From assembly GCA_963749215.1 (NCBI GenBank), contig CAVVMA010000018.1, positions 51,513 through 115,512 on the forward strand: a stretch of DNA of 64,000 nt, read 5' to 3'. Positions 28,466 to 38,736 of this stretch are shown here, in pieces. The DNA is from an uncultured delta proteobacterium. Lineage in GTDB: Bacteria; Desulfobacterota; Binatia; Binatales; Binataceae. Position 1 is the first letter of the stretch, and every line of letters starts with the position of its first letter. Below the pieces are notes generated by a model that saw only the letters and a list, made by a program, of their open reading frames with translations, had not been told where the DNA came from and made no database searches. Made by a program: the position numbers and the translations under genes.

Positions 28466-31204
28466 TCACCACCAGGTTGGAGGTGCGGGCTGATCGACTC
28501 CCACGCGCGCCTGGTATCCGGCCGCTGAGATTGGGAGTCCGAGCCGGACGGGAAGAAACCACGCAAATGCGATTAGGGCGGCGGCAAAAAATGAAGCCGA
28601 GACGATTTTGCCCGCGTTGTCATAGCGCAGCGTCGCGGCCATCCAGAGGGCGGCCAGCAGCAGCGAGCCCACGATGCCGACGAACGTGCCGGCGATGAAT
28701 ACCAGAGACGCCGCGAGCGCGAGCATCAGCGCGGCCTGCTCCCATCGCGTCGCATCGCCGCGCCAACTTTCGGAAAGCATCGCCGCGAGCGCCAGGTAAC
28801 CGAGATAAAGCGACGGCATAAAGTCAAAGGAAAAAAGGTTGCCGCTGATCGGGAACCACGCGATCCATAGTCCAAGATAGCCGGCCACCAGGAAGCTCCC
28901 GGCCAGATTTGCGCGCCTCAGCAAGCGAGCGCCGGTGATGGCTATCGCGGCGAGTGCGCCGAACCAGAGGACCGGATTTCCGCCGGCCGCGATCGTGCCG
29001 ATTTGACCGCCTGCGAAAGTCTGCTGCCAATACGTCACTGGGCTGGGTATCACGGGCCAGGTCCACCATAGCGACGCACGGGGATCTTGGAGACTCGCTT
29101 TCAACTGGTCGAAATATCCCGCCTCAGTGAAGTATTGCCACAGTGCCGCAAGCCCGCCCCATTGCTTCAGCAGGTAGTTAGGCGCGAGCGCGAGCAAATA
29201 AACCATAAGTGCTATTGAGCCGGTGAGCAGCAAAGCCCCGAATGCCAGCCGGCCGCGAGTGAGGTTTCGCGGCTCGCGAATCGGGGCTTCCCGCGCGATC
29301 GAGACCTGGATCAACGTTCCTATCACCAGGGCCGTGACTACGATCGGAAGGTAGAGCTTGGATGCGAGGCAGAGGCCCACCGCGAGCCCGATGCAGGCGA
29401 GAGTGCGCGGACGCGCCGCGGCTTGGTTGCTCTGGATGAATCGGAACAAGAGCAGATATGAGAGGGCGGCGAAGGTGACGAATACGATCTCCAAAGAGAC
29501 GACCCGCGATTGCACAATGAACATGCCGTCACACAGGATGAACGTCGCAGCTATCGAGGCGGCCGTTCGCGAGCCCAGCATCCGGCGGCCGAGCAGATAG
29601 GTAATTCCCACCAGCGCAATTCCGGCGGCGGCCATCGGGAACCGCCGGCTCCACGCATAGTCGCCGAAAATCCTGATCGATAGCGCGATCAGCTCGACGA
29701 CCAGCGGCGGCTGCGAGTCGAAATAAGATTGTCCCGCCAGATGGGCGCGCGCCTGTCCCACGAACTCGCGCTCGTCGAAGAGCGTGGGCAGATTCCCAAG
29801 ATGCCACAGGCGCGATAGCGCCAGAACGATCAGCGTGCCGAGCACGATCGTGTCGGTGCGAGTCCAGCGCATCGCAGCGGCGGGCGGGCCGGCGCCTCGC
29901 GGCACGGCCGTTGGCTCGTCGCGGACCAAGGGCGCTGCGCGAGAAGCAGGCGAGACAAATGCGCTCCACAGCGCGTATAGAAATACCAGCAGATTGACGA
30001 CACCGATGGCCTTGGCGAAGGGGTCATGCGTGGCGATGAAACCGCCGGGGCTCTCGAGCAAATGCTTGGCGTAGACCAGATTGAAGAAGCAGGTTGCAGT
30101 CAGTACGGCCAGCGCGATGAGCATCGCGGGCTCCTCGATCGCCAGCGGAATCGCGACGACCAGAGCCGTGTAGAAATAGCGCTCGTGCATCCGCGAGGAG
30201 AACACAAAAGTGCCGAAGGTCGTGATAAAGACCGCGTACCACAAGTTGCGCGCCGATGGGCTCCGCCACAGAAGCCAGGCCGAGCCCGCATAAAGCGGTA
30301 TCGTCAGGAGCATCCCGATAGTGACAAACGCGAGGCCGCCGATCGTGTTCGAGTCGGGTACGTTGAAGCCGCCCAGCAGCGCCATGAAGTTGAAGGCGTT
30401 GTTGGAGGTGTAGGCAAAGAGCTGGACCGACTCGAAATAGCGTTCGATCTTGAACGGGGCAATCGCGACGGCTATGACCGCGACGAAGGCGAGCGCCGAC
30501 CGCCACCACTTGCCGAAATCGGCGCGCAGCAGAGTCCACACTCCGAGCACCGGCAGATACAGGAGCGCCTGCGGCTTGACGACCAGCGCGAGTCCCGCCA
30601 GCGCCCACGCGAGCTCGTACTGGGAATCGATCGCGCTCACGATACTCAGGAAAAGCGGCAGGGCCAGCGCCGAATCGGTCTGGCCCCATACCACCGTGTC
30701 GTAGATCAGGGCCGGATTGAGCGCGAACGCGAGCATCGCAACCCATGCGGCCCTCTTTGACCGGCCAGAACCACGGACCAGGACGAAGACGCTCGCAGCC
30801 AAAAGGAAATCGGCCACCAGCGGGGGACTCTCCACTATCACGCGCAGCGTTTCGCCGGTGGCCCCGGTCAGGCGCGCGATGATCCCGACCAACCAGCTTA
30901 CGTACAGATAACCCGGCGGGTAGTTGACGAAAAATCCAGGGTAGGCATTGGCGGGTCCCTGCTCGGCGATGTCGAGCGCCCAAACCCGGAAATTATTTAC
31001 GTCCTGATAGTATCCGGGAAAAAAGGGCAGCAGCGCGACCTTCGCTGCGGCGATCGCGAGCAGCGCCGCCAGCGCGGAGCGCAGACCGGAATCACGATCG
31101 TTCCATAGCAGCGCCGCTTTGCGGAGGATCGCGCCGCCCAGCAGCGTCGCGAGCGCGATCCCGGCGACGGCGCCGCTTATCCTTCCGTCCGAACCGAGCA
31201 TCAC
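28466..31204 (-). CDS. Tandem GT-C fusion: N-terminal PIG-M/GT87-like transferase plus C-terminal PMT (GT39) protein O-mannosyltransferase-like domain
   Basis: NYPPGYLY, ALNPALIYDTVVWGQTDS, VKPQ, MHERY in the first half; LFDE..FV..A..L.G..YFD.QPPL..LIA, S.WWTWP, GGNP..W in the second half. Confidence 0.8.
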   Translation of the reverse strand: MMLGSDGRISGAVAGIALATLLGGAILRKAALLWNDRDSGLRSALAALLAIAAAKVALLPFFPGYYQDVNNFRVWALDIAEQGPANAYPGFFVNYPPGYLYVSWLVGIIARLTGATGETLRVIVESPPLVADFLLAASVFVLVRGSGRSKRAAWVAMLAFALNPALIYDTVVWGQTDSALALPLFLSIVSAIDSQYELAWALAGLALVVKPQALLYLPVLGVWTLLRADFGKWWRSALAFVAVIAVAIAPFKIERYFESVQLFAYTSNNAFNFMALLGGFNVPDSNTIGGLAFVTIGMLLTIPLYAGSAWLLWRSPSARNLWYAVFITTFGTFVFSSRMHERYFYTALVVAIPLAIEEPAMLIALAVLTATCFFNLVYAKHLLESPGGFIATHDPFAKAIGVVNLLVFLYALWSAFVSPASRAAPLVRDEPTAVPRGAGPPAAAMRWTRTDTIVLGTLIVLALSRLWHLGNLPTLFDEREFVGQARAHLAGQSYFDSQPPLVVELIALSIRIFGDYAWSRRFPMAAAGIALVGITYLLGRRMLGSRTAASIAATFILCDGMFIVQSRVVSLEIVFVTFAALSYLLLFRFIQSNQAAARPRTLACIGLAVGLCLASKLYLPIVVTALVIGTLIQVSIAREAPIREPRNLTRGRLAFGALLLTGSIALMVYLLALAPNYLLKQWGGLAALWQYFTEAGYFDQLKASLQDPRASLWWTWPVIPSPVTYWQQTFAGGQIGTIAAGGNPVLWFGALAAIAITGARLLRRANLAGSFLVAGYLGLWIAWFPISGNLFSFDFMPSLYLGYLALAAMLSESWRGDATRWEQAALMLALAASLVFIAGTFVGIVGSLLLAALWMAATLRYDNAGKIVSASFFAAALIAFAWFLPVRLGLPISAAGYQARVGVDQPAPPTWW

Positions 31205-31268
31205 GTCGCCGGCAGCGCTGGCCCGATACGGCTAACCCGTGCCGCTTTGGCAACTCTGCGCCGAGCGC

Positions 31269-32318
31269 TCATAATCCCCGGAACGCCGCGAAGATCTTTT
31301 CCGCGTTGAGATGGTAAATCTTCTCCAGGATCTGGTCCGACAGTGCGAGACCATAGATCTTCCAGCGGCCCTGGCGCGGATAGCCCCAGTAGTCGAAGTA
31401 TTCATCGTCGGTTTCGAGCCATCGAAAGTAACTGCGATACATCGCTTCGGCAACTGGATGGTCGGTGCCGAACAGGATTCGGTCCTGATGCTTCTCAAAG
31501 AACGTGCGCGCGGCCCGCGGCTGGCGGCCCAGTTCGTTCTGACGGGCCCCGAAATCGACGAACACGTTCGGACGACGGTCCAGAACGTGGGCAACCTCGG
31601 CAAGGTCCTCGGCGCTGCTCCCCACGTGGAGCGCGATGAACGCGGTCCGCGGATGACGCGCGAACAGGCGCTGCTGCGCCTCCAGAAGCGATACCCTGGT
31701 GGGAAGGCCGGGCGCGCAGAAGCTCCATACCGGGTTGGCGAGCAGTTCCTCGTAGCGTTCGTTCGCCGTGTCGAGCGGATGAAAGAAGGCCTCAGGATCG
31801 GCGGTATGGATCGCGATCGGGATACCGAGCGCGGCGCATTCCTCGCAGATCGGATCGAGGCGAGGGTCGTCGACCGTGAGCAGCTTGCCCGAGCCGTCGC
31901 GAACCTGCAGACCGAGGTCTTTCAATATCTTGAGCCCACGCGCGCCGCGAGCCACGGCGTCGCGGATCTGACGCACGGTCAGCGGCGCGAATTCGGGATC
32001 GGCAATCCGGCTCCAGTCGATCTGTGTGAACACGGTCAAGCGATCCGGGAAAAGCTCTCCGGCCTCGTCGATTACTCTCTGGAGCTGCTCGCCCCACATC
32101 GCAGTCAGAATCACGACCCTGCGCACGTTGCATTCGTCCATGATCGCCGCGAGCCGTTCGCGCGGCACACGGCGCGGGAACAGTCCCATCGCATCGTTGA
32201 CGTGTTGATGCATGTCGATGGCCGGGAACCGGGCGCGCTCGATCTTATGCACCGGGACCTGCAATACAGTCCTCGGCTCGAATTCTTTCAAGAGCAAATT
32301 GGGGTCGCCGTTAGCCAT
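31269..32318 (-). CDS. Amidohydrolase family protein (Amidohydro_2)
   Basis: IDMHQH, GLKILKDLG, IHTADP, FIALHVG, RILFGTD. Confidence 0.88.
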   Translation of the reverse strand: MANGDPNLLLKEFEPRTVLQVPVHKIERARFPAIDMHQHVNDAMGLFPRRVPRERLAAIMDECNVRRVVILTAMWGEQLQRVIDEAGELFPDRLTVFTQIDWSRIADPEFAPLTVRQIRDAVARGARGLKILKDLGLQVRDGSGKLLTVDDPRLDPICEECAALGIPIAIHTADPEAFFHPLDTANERYEELLANPVWSFCAPGLPTRVSLLEAQQRLFARHPRTAFIALHVGSSAEDLAEVAHVLDRRPNVFVDFGARQNELGRQPRAARTFFEKHQDRILFGTDHPVAEAMYRSYFRWLETDDEYFDYWGYPRQGRWKIYGLALSDQILEKIYHLNAEKIFAAFRGL

Positions 32319-32437
32319 CGTTGGCAGTCATCCGGATTGGGACGCAGTGGCGGGTCAATCTCATAGATGTCAAAGTATTGCCGGAGCACGGATTGACCAG
32401 CGAGCCGGAGAATCCTTGAACATTCAAGTTTGACGTT

Positions 32438-33475
32438 ATGGCCATCGCAAAGAGCGCCGAACTCGCAACCGCGCCGGTTGCCCGCCCCTCCAGCGATACG
32501 GCCTCGTTCAATTTCTACGGGGTCGGCCTTGCGGTCTCAAGCTCGGCGCCGAAAGTGCTGGAGTATCTGGCGCGCGATTTCGAGTACTTTGCCGCGTCCA
32601 CCGCCGGCCCGGGAATCGAGCTCCGAGCGCATGCCGGCGTTCCGCCGTGGGAGCGGATTCCCGAGCGGATCGCCGCGATGGTCACGCCAAACGCGATCAG
32701 CTATGACGACGGCCCGGTCCGTTACAACGATTACCATCGCCAGGCACTCGCGATTTACGATTTCAACTGCGAGCGCGGCGAGATCTGGGCGCTAACCGAA
32801 GATCTCCTCTACGAGATAACTTATCTCATGGCGCTCTCGCGGATAGGCGAGGCCCACGACCTTCGTAGAATCCATCGCGTGCACGCGCTCGGCGTAGCGG
32901 TCGCCGGCAAGGGCACGCTGGTCCTGCTTCCCGAGGCCGGGGGGAAGACTACGCTCGCTCTCGAACTGCTGAAGTATCCCGAGGTGGAACTGCTGTCCGA
33001 CGACACGCCGCTGGTCGAGCGCGGGATGCTGCGGGCGTTTCCGACCCGGCTCGGCATTCGAGGCGACTGCGACTATGGGATCGATCCAAGCCACATCCGC
33101 ACGATGAATCGTCGCAGCGGCGGGCCCAAGACGCTGGTGGATTTCAGCCATTTCCGGGACCGCGTCGTGGCCCAGGCGCGCCCGCAAGCATTGATCGTCG
33201 GTGTTCGGAGCAGCGGGACGGCTTCGCGAATCGAGCCAATCAGCCGAGTCCGCGGGCTGCCCGTGCTCACCGCGAATCTGGTCTTTGGCCTCGGATTGCC
33301 GCAGGTAGTCGAGTTCTTCCTGAGGGGCGGCGTGTTCGAGCTTTTCCGTAAGGCGTCGATCGTCGGGTCGCGAGTCGGCGCGAGCCTGCGTCTGTCGGCG
33401 CAGACCAGATGCTACCGCCTGGTGCTTGGGCGCGATATCGAAGCCGCGGCGCGAGCGCTGCGTTCCGTGCTATGA
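32438..33475 (+). CDS. HprK-related P-loop kinase-like protein
   Basis: VHALGVAVAGKG..L..GGKTT..LSDD, the HprK-like signature with a variant Walker A. Confidence 0.65.
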   Translation: MAIAKSAELATAPVARPSSDTASFNFYGVGLAVSSSAPKVLEYLARDFEYFAASTAGPGIELRAHAGVPPWERIPERIAAMVTPNAISYDDGPVRYNDYHRQALAIYDFNCERGEIWALTEDLLYEITYLMALSRIGEAHDLRRIHRVHALGVAVAGKGTLVLLPEAGGKTTLALELLKYPEVELLSDDTPLVERGMLRAFPTRLGIRGDCDYGIDPSHIRTMNRRSGGPKTLVDFSHFRDRVVAQARPQALIVGVRSSGTASRIEPISRVRGLPVLTANLVFGLGLPQVVEFFLRGGVFELFRKASIVGSRVGASLRLSAQTRCYRLVLGRDIEAAARALRSVL

Positions 33476-35022
33476 AGCTCGCGAGGCTGGTTCAGGATGC
33501 GGCTATCCGCACCGCTCCGTATCATCCGTTTCGCGCGGTCTATGCCGCGTCGTACGGTGCGGGGCTGCGATGGCTGATGGCGCGGCTCAAACGTGCGCCC
33601 GAGATTCAGACCGTCGATCTATGCCAGCCGCGCTGGCTACCCTGTTTCGGCAGCAGCGACTTCGACCTCCGGGCGCAAACGGTGCCGCTCTCTGCGCCCG
33701 ATTATTTTGCCCTGTCGGAGCGGTTCTCCGACGTTCTGCTCGCCGAACGGACCTGGCTCAGGATCTTCGATCTTCACTTGTGCATGCCGGCCGAGTTCGA
33801 GTTGCACAGTCGACTAGCGTCGAGCGTCGATGGCCGCGGCCGCACCAATACGCGACTGCATGGTGCCGGAGAGCCCCCTGGCGATACGCGCGAAGCACGT
33901 AACGCCTATGTCGGAAGAATCATGTTCGACTACGGCTATATCTGTCGCGACCTGTTCGAGGGAGCCCTCGGGCTCGGCTCGATCCGGCTCGTCTATAAAA
34001 AGATGCTGCAGATTCATCAGGAGGCCGAGGAGCAACTGCCTACATGGGCGGCGAGGGCCGCGGCATCTTCGCCGATACTCGAGGTCGCGGCCGCGGCGGC
34101 TTTTGAGGGGCGTGTGCGTCCGGCCGGTCTGGAAGAGCTGGCCCGCGCGCACGCCTTCGCCTTGGCTGAGGTAACCGCGCTCTGCCGCGAATCGCAGGAC
34201 GAGACCTGGCCGGAGGAGGACAAGCCGGCCCTGGTTGACGATGCGCTCGCGCCCGACACGCTCCAGGCGGCGGTGGACTTGTGCCAGCCCGCGATCGCTG
34301 CGTTCTGCGCGTCACTCGGCGGCTCGGTACAAAGCGCGATCCTCGGCGCGATCCCCGGATGCAGCTACGAGTACCGCATCTATCTTGTCGTCCCCGACGA
34401 TCTGGACGGCGCCCGGCACATGGATCTATGCAGCCGTGTCCGCGAGCTCCTCACCGGCCCCGGAGCCTACAAACGGATTCCCCATCGCTACTTCAGGCTT
34501 CGATACCCGACCCTTTTGACGCGCTCGGCATGGCGCGCCCGATCGCGCTGGTACGACTCGCGGCGGCCGGTGGAAGAATGCTACTACATCGAGCGTCACG
34601 GCGTGGTCCTGTGGGGCGAGGACTTGCGCCACGACGGGCCGCGGCCGGTGCGGGACGCCGTGCTCAACAGCGCGGTGGTAGCGGTGGCGGACCTGCGCAA
34701 CCGAATCTGGTCGGCGATGCACCTCGATTGGCCGGCGCGGCTGGCGGACCTGATCGTCGGCCGAATTCCGGCGCTGTGGGCTGTGCTGGAGAATCTGAGA
34801 GTCGCGACTTCGGCCGCGGAGGCGGTCGCCGCGTGCGGCTCGAACGGATTCCCGCACTGGGAGAAGCTCGAGACGATGCGCCGCCGGATCGCCGGGCTCA
34901 AGCCCGAGGAGCTGCCGGCGGTCAGCGACGAGAGCTGGCGGCCGTGCATCGAGTCGCTTTCCGACTGGCTCGACGGCCTCAATGCGATGGCCCTGCGCGC
35001 GTCGGCGAGGGAAGAACGATGA
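33472..35022 (+). CDS. Hypothetical protein, possible Pol-beta-type nucleotidyltransferase-like domains
   Basis: ATGA overlap with the kinase gene (true start 33472). FGSSDFDL resembles an NTase D-x-D motif, and ERHGVVLWGED resembles the end of an NTase fold. Confidence 0.45.
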   Translation: MKLARLVQDAAIRTAPYHPFRAVYAASYGAGLRWLMARLKRAPEIQTVDLCQPRWLPCFGSSDFDLRAQTVPLSAPDYFALSERFSDVLLAERTWLRIFDLHLCMPAEFELHSRLASSVDGRGRTNTRLHGAGEPPGDTREARNAYVGRIMFDYGYICRDLFEGALGLGSIRLVYKKMLQIHQEAEEQLPTWAARAAASSPILEVAAAAAFEGRVRPAGLEELARAHAFALAEVTALCRESQDETWPEEDKPALVDDALAPDTLQAAVDLCQPAIAAFCASLGGSVQSAILGAIPGCSYEYRIYLVVPDDLDGARHMDLCSRVRELLTGPGAYKRIPHRYFRLRYPTLLTRSAWRARSRWYDSRRPVEECYYIERHGVVLWGEDLRHDGPRPVRDAVLNSAVVAVADLRNRIWSAMHLDWPARLADLIVGRIPALWAVLENLRVATSAAEAVAACGSNGFPHWEKLETMRRRIAGLKPEELPAVSDESWRPCIESLSDWLDGLNAMALRASAREER

Positions 35023-35795
35023 AGACCCGAATCGGCGATTTTCTGGAGCGTTACGACCTGCTGCGCAATCTGGTCTGGGCCGAGCTGACCGCCCGCTACA
35101 AGACCGCGCTGCTGGGGATTCTGTGGTTCGTGCTCAACCCCCTGATCGTCATGGTGATGCTGATTATCGTCTTCAGCCGTTTGATACATCTGGACATAAA
35201 GAACTACCCGGTGTTTGTCTTATCGGCCCTGCTGCCGTGGACTTTCTTCTCGATGGCGCTTACCAACGCGACCGGCTCGCTCGCCCGCTCGGCAAGCCTG
35301 GTCAAGCGGGTGCGAATTCCCCGCGCCTACATCCCCGTCTCGGCGGTCGGGGCGAGCCTGATCCACTTCCTGATTTCGCTTTCGATTTTGTTTGCCTTCA
35401 TGCTGGTCTCGGCCTCCAGGTTTTCGCTCCTGATCCTGCTGCTGCCGCTGATAGTTTGCCTGCAGATGATGTTCCTGACCGGCGCCTCGCTGCTGACCTC
35501 GAGCCTCAACGTGTTCTACCGCGACATCGAGCACATCCTGAGTCCCGCGATCCAGGCGCTGTTCTATCTGACGCCGAGTTTCTATCCGCTTTCGTACGTG
35601 CCGAAGCGATGGCTGGGATGGTACCTGCTGAACCCGATGGCCGGGATCATCGAGACTTACCGAGACGCGCTCACCGAGGGAATTCTTCCGGCGCGGTCGG
35701 TGATCGGGATGGCCGTGCTGATGTCGACGATCACGCTGGTTGCTGGAGTGTTGGTGTTCCGGCGTCTGGAGCCCTATTTCGATGACTACATCTAG
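35019..35795 (+). CDS. wzm: ABC-2 polysaccharide export permease (Wzm-like)
   Basis: ELTARYK..LLG.LW..LNPL, LLPWTFF, FYRDIEH, FYLTP.FY, LNPM..IIE.YR. ATG at 35019 overlaps the upstream stop. Confidence 0.92.
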   Translation: MKTRIGDFLERYDLLRNLVWAELTARYKTALLGILWFVLNPLIVMVMLIIVFSRLIHLDIKNYPVFVLSALLPWTFFSMALTNATGSLARSASLVKRVRIPRAYIPVSAVGASLIHFLISLSILFAFMLVSASRFSLLILLLPLIVCLQMMFLTGASLLTSSLNVFYRDIEHILSPAIQALFYLTPSFYPLSYVPKRWLGWYLLNPMAGIIETYRDALTEGILPARSVIGMAVLMSTITLVAGVLVFRRLEPYFDDYI

Positions 35796-36925
35796 GCCCG
35801 AGCCGAAAGGGGCGGCGCCGCGGACCGACGGCGCGCGCCCGCTGCGCGTCGCGTGCGTCTACTCGCTCAAACGCCCGCCGAACATGGCCGCGATGGACGG
35901 AATCCGCTTCGTCCGGATGGCGGAGGCGCTGGCCCGTCGTGGCCATGAAGTAGACCTCTTCCTGAACCGCGCGCCGCAGGCGGCGGTGCTCGCGCCGCGC
36001 TTGCGCGAGCTGTCGATGGAGCACGCGCGCTGGGACCAATACGATGTCGTGAAGACCTTCTTCCACAGCGGGTTCGAGTCGCTGGTCGCGTGCGGGGGCG
36101 GCGAGCATCCCTTTATCGTCAGCAAGCTCGGATCGGTAGTCGGCCGCGAACAGACCGAAGGCGTGTACTTCTTCGGCGCGAGGCGGGAAAAGCTGTTCGC
36201 GATCCAGAGCGAGATCGCGCGTCGCAGCCGCGTGGTCACGGTGCTCACCAATCAAAGCGCCGCGCTGTGGTGGAAGGAGCACGGCTACACGACCCGGCTG
36301 ATGCAGGTCCCGACCGGCGTGGACGCAGAAATTCCCCGGCTCGGTCCCAATCCCTACCCGGCCTTGGGTATCACCGAGCCGGTCGCGATCTACGCGGGCA
36401 ACCTTTACCACCTTGAATCACAGCCGGAAATCAACCGCCTGTGGCAGGAGCGGCTCAATCTGATCGGCGCGCGGCTCAGGCGACAGGGAGTCAGGCTGGT
36501 CGTAATGGGCAAGGGAGTGACGGACCGGCTGGACCCGGATGTGGTGAAGCACGTCGGTGCGATTGCGCCGCCGGCCTTCTGGAATTGGCAGCGCCATGCC
36601 CGGGTCGGGATAGTGCTCGCGCAGGGGCCGGTTCAGGACAACGAGAGCAGCAAAATCTACTATTACCTGCGGACCGGGCTTCCGGTCGCATGCGAACGAT
36701 CGGTGCCCAACGCCTGGCTGATCGAGAGCACCGGGCTTGGCGCGGTTGTGAACTTCGGCGACGTTCGAGAAGCTCGCCGACTCGGCAGCCGCTCTGGCGC
36801 GGATGCGGCCGAGAAGCGATGGAGTCGTGCAGCACCTGATCCAGCATCACTCGTGGGACGCTCGCGCAGCGCTCTACGACCGGGTGTTTGCCGAAGCGTC
36901 CGCCTCGCGAGGCGCAGCCGCATGA
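35782..36925 (+). CDS. GT-B (GT4-like) glycosyltransferase; one +1 frameshift at about 36764 fuses it to the next gene in the ORF track
   Basis: AEALARRGHEV, VPTGVD, YAGNL, SSKIYYYL..GLPV. Removing one T gives DVEKLADSA..HSWDARAALYDRVF..GAAA*, whose TGA overlaps the next ATG (36922). Confidence 0.75.
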
Positions 36926-38736
36926 CCACTGCGTTCCAGCCTCCGAGCAGTGCGATGAAGATCGTGCTCTTCAGCCCAGGCCTCAATGAGAAAACTGTCT
37001 GGGGAGAAAAGATCGGGCTTGCGAGCAAGGCGACTTGCCTGCGGACGGAGTTCCCCGGTGCGGAGGTGTTCACCTTCGACTTCGGCGATATCGACAAGAT
37101 CGCGGCGATGCGGGTCGACCTTCTGATCTCCTACTACACGGGCCCGCGGCCTCCCTGGCGGGTCGACAATATCGCCGATCTGGTCGATGGAATCACCATC
37201 CTCAGAGTCTGGAACCACGGCGGCCTGCTCGAGGATTTCGCCTGTATCCGCGTCGACGGGTTCGCGACCAACAGCAAGCCCGCCACGCAAATCCTCGGGC
37301 GGCATCGCCCGGCGCTCTATCTTCCCACCGCGGTCGCCGACACTTACGGCCCCGTCGAGTCCGACCCGCGCTATCGCGCCGATATTGTGTATCTTGGCGG
37401 CGGCGGGCGCGGCAACAAGCGGCCCGAGACTAGCCGGCGCTACCTCGAGCCGGCCCTGAAATTCGACTTCGCGCTCTGGGGCTCGCACTGGGATCGCGAA
37501 TACTGGGCCGATGTTTACGCGGACCATCCGGAAGGGCCGGACGCGAACCGGTGGCATCGCTTCTGGCGCGGCCAGTTGCCGCTCGACGATATCGCGAAGC
37601 TCTACAGCTCGGCGAAGATCGTCCTGAACTATCACGAGGACAGCCAGCGTGAATGGGGCATGTGGAACAGCCGGGTTTTCGAGGCGCCCGGTTGCGGAGC
37701 GTTGATGATCTGCGATGAGGCGCTCGGCCTTCGCGAGGAGTTCGGCGACGCGATCGTCTACACCTCCGGCGGCCGGGAAACCGAAGAGCTAATCGCGTAC
37801 TACCTGGCGCATCCTGAGGAGCGACGCCGCCGCGGCGACCTCGGCCGCCACATCGTGCAGCAAAAGTATACCTTCAGTCGCTGGGCACGGACGCTGCGCG
37901 AGTTCTACGAGCGGCTGCTGCGCGACCGGCGGCTTGCGTCCGGCGGTAACGGCGATCGCGCTTATGACGGGAACAGCGTTTCAACCAGCGATGGACCCTC
38001 GCGAACCGCGCCGAGGTTCACCGTCATGATTCCGATCTACGAGCGGGTGCTCGGCCTGCGCGACGCGATCGAAAGCGTCCTCAACCAGTCCTTTCGTGAC
38101 TTCGAGCTGATTCTCGCCGACGACGGCAGCATTTCGCCCGAAGTCTCCGCAATCATCGACGGCTATGGCGCCGAGCCGAGGGTGCGCGTGCTCCGCATGA
38201 ACCATCGCGGCCAGGGTGCGGCGCTGAACAGCGCGGCTAGCACGGCGCGCGGTCCGTATTTGTGCCGGCTCGACTCGGACGATCTGCTTGCGCCGGAAGC
38301 GCTCGAGGTCATGAGCGGCTACGTCGAACGCTATCCGGGCGTATCGTATTTCTATTCCTCGCGATTGGTCGTCGATGAAGGCGGCGAGATCGTCAGCAGT
38401 CACAGAAGCCGGCCATTCGATCCCGCCCGGCTGGTCGAAGGGTACATGACGAATCCTCTTTTGTGCTGGAAGCGGGACGACTTTCTCGCGGTGAACGGCT
38501 TTCGCGAGCACATCCGGTTTGCCGAGGACTACGATCTGGCGCTGCGGATGGCCGCCCGGTTCAGGTTCCAGAATGTCGATGAATTCCTGTATAAGATTCG
38601 CTATCACTCGGCGGGCCGGATCACGACCACCCTCTCGGAAGAGGAACGCCGAAGAGAGGAAGACGCAGTACGCGCCACCTCGGGCGCGGCGCTCCGTGAA
38701 AGCTTGAACTGCCTCGCGAGCACAGACCGTGGATAG
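36922..38736 (+). CDS. Two-domain glycosyltransferase: CgeB/Glyco_trans_1_2-like plus GT2
   Basis: YSSAKIVLNYH..WNSRVFEA.GCGA.MICDE, then TVMIPIY..ESVLNQSFRDFELILADDGS..LDSDD..EDYDLALR. Confidence 0.8.
   Translation: MTTAFQPPSSAMKIVLFSPGLNEKTVWGEKIGLASKATCLRTEFPGAEVFTFDFGDIDKIAAMRVDLLISYYTGPRPPWRVDNIADLVDGITILRVWNHGGLLEDFACIRVDGFATNSKPATQILGRHRPALYLPTAVADTYGPVESDPRYRADIVYLGGGGRGNKRPETSRRYLEPALKFDFALWGSHWDREYWADVYADHPEGPDANRWHRFWRGQLPLDDIAKLYSSAKIVLNYHEDSQREWGMWNSRVFEAPGCGALMICDEALGLREEFGDAIVYTSGGRETEELIAYYLAHPEERRRRGDLGRHIVQQKYTFSRWARTLREFYERLLRDRRLASGGNGDRAYDGNSVSTSDGPSRTAPRFTVMIPIYERVLGLRDAIESVLNQSFRDFELILADDGSISPEVSAIIDGYGAEPRVRVLRMNHRGQGAALNSAASTARGPYLCRLDSDDLLAPEALEVMSGYVERYPGVSYFYSSRLVVDEGGEIVSSHRSRPFDPARLVEGYMTNPLLCWKRDDFLAVNGFREHIRFAEDYDLALRMAARFRFQNVDEFLYKIRYHSAGRITTTLSEEERRREEDAVRATSGAALRESLNCLASTDRG

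Noticed and set aside
35740-38736. 998-aa triple glycosyltransferase fusion
   Set aside because: The junction peptide is nonsense-like. Removing one T at about 36764 restores a normal GT-B C-terminus whose stop overlaps the next ATG at 36922, so these are two genes.
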